Assembly (NCBI GenBank): GCA_963799055.1
Contig: CAWCVP010000013.1
Span: forward strand, 7,866-71,865
DNA: 64,000 bases
Reading direction: 5' to 3'
Source of the DNA: an uncultured Candidatus Rokubacteria bacterium
Lineage (GTDB): Bacteria > Methylomirabilota > Methylomirabilia > Rokubacteriales > DASRDR01
Shown: positions 61,491 to 64,000 of the stretch, in pieces
Numbering within the stretch: the first letter of the stretch is position 1
Layout of the letters: each line of letters starts with the position of its first letter
Position numbers and translations under genes: made by a program
The notes under the pieces: generated by a model
Database searches by the model: none
Told to the model about the DNA's origin: nothing
What the model saw: the letters and a program-made list of their open reading frames with translations, nothing else

Positions 61491-62494
61491 CTAGCGTCGA
61501 ACCCGCGCGGCCACCCGCGTCAGGAAGCGCTCGAGCCCCGCGAGGTCGTAGGGAGGGCGGGCCGCGACGATGAAGTGCGTCACGCCGACGGCGACGTACT
61601 CGTGGAGCCGATCGACCGCCCGGCTCTCGTCGACGGGGAGCAGCGACTCCCAGACCCAGGCCCGCAGTCGCGCCTCGAGGTCGGCGGCCGACACGCCTTC
61701 CCCCTCGAGCCGCCGGCGCTCGGCCAGGAGGTTCGGGTTGCTCATGCGGACCATCGCCTCCCACATCGCCTCGGCCTGCGCCTCGCTCCGCAGCACCACG
61801 GAGACGCGAATGTCGTCGGGATTGCGGCCGACCGCGCGGCAGTGCTCGCGGAGCACGCCGAGCTTCCGGGCGAAGGCGCTGGGCCCGACCTCGCCGTTCC
61901 ACTCGTCGGCGTGCTTGGCGACGACCCGGAGCGTCAGCTTCTCCCCGCCCCCGCCGATGAGGACGGGCAGCCGCCGGCCGCCGTGGGGCTTGGGCTCGCA
62001 CAGCGCGTCGGCGAGATGGTAGAAGCGGCCCGCGAAGCTCGGGCGACGCTCGGTGTGGAGCAGGCGGATCACCGTGAGGGCCTCGTCCAGCCGCTCGATG
62101 CGGTCCCGCATCGTGCCGAACGGGAGGGCGTAGCCGTCGTGCTCGCGTCTGCAGCCACCCCGCGCCGAGCCCGAGCGTGAAGCGCCCCTCCGCGACGTGG
62201 TCGAGGCTCGCGGCCATGTTGGCCAGGACCGCCGGGTGTCGGAACGTGTTGCTGAGCACGAGGGGCCCGATCCCGATCCGGCGCGTGCGGGCGGCCACCG
62301 CGGCCAGCACGGTGCCGGCCTCGAAGCAGGGCCCGGTCGGGTCGCCGTAGCCGGCGTAGAAGTGGTCGGGCACCCACCCCGTGTCGAAGCCCATCTCGTC
62401 CGCGCGCTGCCAGACCTCCAGGAGATCGGGCCACGTCGTCTGGGCGACGCCCGGTGAAGACCCCGAAGCGGATCGGATGCGGCGGAGCGCTCAT
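61491..62494 (-). CDS. luciferase-like (LLM class, probably F420-dependent) oxidoreductase; two apparent frameshifts (about 62448 and 62150)
   Basis: MSAPPHPIRFGVFTG / AQTTWPDLLEVWQRADEMGFDTGWVPDHF...SNTFRHPAVLANMAASLD...GLGAGW / EHDGYALPFGTMRDRIERLDEALTVIRLL... lie in three frames. Confidence 0.75.
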
Positions 62495-62509
62495 CGCCGG
62501 TGTCCGTCC

Positions 62510-63424
62510 GTCAGCCGGCCGCTTCGCGGAACCGCTCGAGCCCGGCAAGGAACGCGTCGATGGTGGCGCCGCCGCCCCAGGCGATGACCTCGGTGACGCC
62601 GGCGTCGCGCATCCGGGACAGGTCGCCGCGGATCTGGGCGGCGCTGCCGCACAGGAGCCCGCGCGTGCGCGTCGTCGAGGGCCGCGTCGGTGACCTGGGC
62701 GCCCGTCAGGTAGATGACCTCGAGCCGCGCGGGGTCGCGGCCCGCCTCGCGCGCGAGCGTGCGGAGCTGGATGACCATCTGCCCCAGCGCGGGGAGGGGC
62801 ACGCCCGACGGGAGCCACCCGTCGGCGAGCGCCGCCGCGCGGCGGAGCGCCGGCGCCACGTAGGCCGCGAGGTAGAGCGGCGGGTGCGGCGACTGGACGG
62901 GCTTGAGCCCGACGATCGAGCGCGCCACGCGGAAGTGGCGGCCCTGGAACTCGACGGGATCCGGCCCCCACAGCGCCTTGAGGACCCCGATGAACTCGTC
63001 CGCGCGCGCGCCGCGGGCCTTCGGGTCGGCCCCGACCGCTTCCAGCTCGTCCACGGACCAGGCCTGGCCGAGGCCCACGCGGAGCCGTCCGCCGGACAGC
63101 ACGTCGAGCGTCGCCAGCCGGCGGGCGAGGACCACCGGGTTGTAGAAGGGCATGTTGAGGACGCTCGTCCCGAGCGTGATCCGCCGGGTGTGGGCGGCCG
63201 CGAACGTCAGCGCCTCCACCGGGTCCATCGACCGCTTGAAGTACTCGGGCAGGACCCCGTCGGCGGTGGCCGGGTACTGCGAGCGCGGCGCGACGGGCGC
63301 GAGGAGCCGGTCGGCCACCCAGGCGGAGTGATAGCCGAGCGCCTCGGCGCGCTGCGCGCTCCGGCTCAGCGCGTCGGGTCCGGCAAGCGGTCCGAGTGTC
63401 GGCAAGGCGAAGCCGAGTCGCATG
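62510..63424 (-). CDS. luciferase-like (LLM class) oxidoreductase; apparent frameshift near 62670
   Basis: GGAGG then ATG at 63424. MRLGFALPT...GYHSAWVADRL...LGTSVLNMPFYNPVVLARRLATLD...GLGQAW. The C-terminal GLLCGSAAQIRGDLSRMRDAGVTEVI...ERFREAAG is in the adjacent frame, with the stop at 62510. Confidence 0.75.
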
Positions 63425-63558
63425 AGGAAGCCTCCGTTCCTGGATCGAGTCGGGCGACGTCGCGGCCGCCTCGCCTTGACAGGCGCGGACCGCTGTCCCA
63501 GACTAATCGCCGCACGTGTTCGTCGTAGTTGGATCCTAGCATGCCAAAGGAGGGTGTC

Positions 63559-64000
63559 ATGGACGACACTCGGTCCGCGCCGCGCGCCGGCGCCGTCTCC
63601 CGCCGTACCGTGCTCCGTATCGGGGGCGCTGCCCTCGCCGGCGCCGCCACGGGCCCGTTCGTCTTCACGCCCGCCCGCGCCCAGGGCTTCAACTGGAAGC
63701 GCTTCCAGGGGAAGGAGCTCTTCTTCCTCTTCTACAAGCACCCGTGGGTCGACGAGATGGTGAAGCACATCCCCGAGTTCGAGTCCATGAGCGGGATGAA
63801 GGTGAAGTACGAGATCCTGCCCGAGGTCCAGGGGCGCCAGAAGCTGGTCGTCGAGATGACCGGCGGCTCCGGCGGCGTCGACGGGTTCCACTCCTCGACC
63901 CACGTCGAGAAGCGCCGCTTCTGGAAGTCCGGCTGGTACCACCCGATCAACAAGTTCCTCGAGGACGCGACGCTGACGCCGCCCGACTTCGACTGGAACG
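63559..64000 (+). CDS. Tat-exported ABC transporter solute-binding protein (family 1, sugar type), 5' partial at the window edge
   Basis: AAAGGAGGG then ATG. Twin-arginine signal SRRTVLRIGGAALAGAATGPFVFTPARA. FQGKELFFLFYKHPWVDEMVKHIPEFE... runs off the window end. Confidence 0.7.
   Translation, partial: MDDTRSAPRAGAVSRRTVLRIGGAALAGAATGPFVFTPARAQGFNWKRFQGKELFFLFYKHPWVDEMVKHIPEFESMSGMKVKYEILPEVQGRQKLVVEMTGGSGGVDGFHSSTHVEKRRFWKSGWYHPINKFLEDATLTPPDFDWN

Overview
This is a 64-kb, very GC-rich (about 70% by eye) chromosomal segment from a bacterium I cannot place taxonomically. I support about 60 protein-coding genes. I recognised no rRNA, tRNA, CRISPR array, transposase, integrase, phage gene, or obvious defence or toxin system. 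All family calls rest on motifs I recognised in the supplied translations; no database search was run.

Gene content is mainly metabolic and transport:
- A UbiD/UbiA/UbiE quinone-biosynthesis trio.
- An NAD-type formate dehydrogenase: a NuoE/NuoF-like beta subunit and a Cys-type molybdopterin alpha subunit, separated by 4.3 kb of unrelated genes.
- Two TAXI-type TRAP transporters, and glnK-amtB with a sigma-54-like promoter.
- GTP-PEPCK, and a CHASE2/HD-GYP phosphodiesterase.
- A membrane S1C protease followed by MoxR-DUF58-VWA, plus HtrA.
- 4 luciferase-like (LLM) oxidoreductases, 3 SDRs, 3 alpha/beta hydrolases, and aminotransferases.

Most notable observations:
1. A glutaredoxin-like protein disulfide oxidoreductase has a reading frame interrupted only by an in-frame TGA, exactly at the first Cys of its CxxC motif. 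This gives UPHC, a candidate selenoprotein.
2. About three dozen apparent single-base frameshifts sit in roughly 28 otherwise well-conserved genes. Assembly indel error is more likely than decay, so gene models must be frame-corrected.
3. There are two copies of a GGGGTCAG...CTGACCCC palindromic, AT-enriched intergenic element, and a separate 29-bp inverted repeat upstream of the formate dehydrogenase beta gene.
4. A roughly 310-bp module (5' leader plus a 73-aa glycine-zipper lipoprotein gene) is duplicated and brackets a DinB-like gene and TAXI-TRAP system 1.
5. Several unannotated mini-ORFs have good translation signals.
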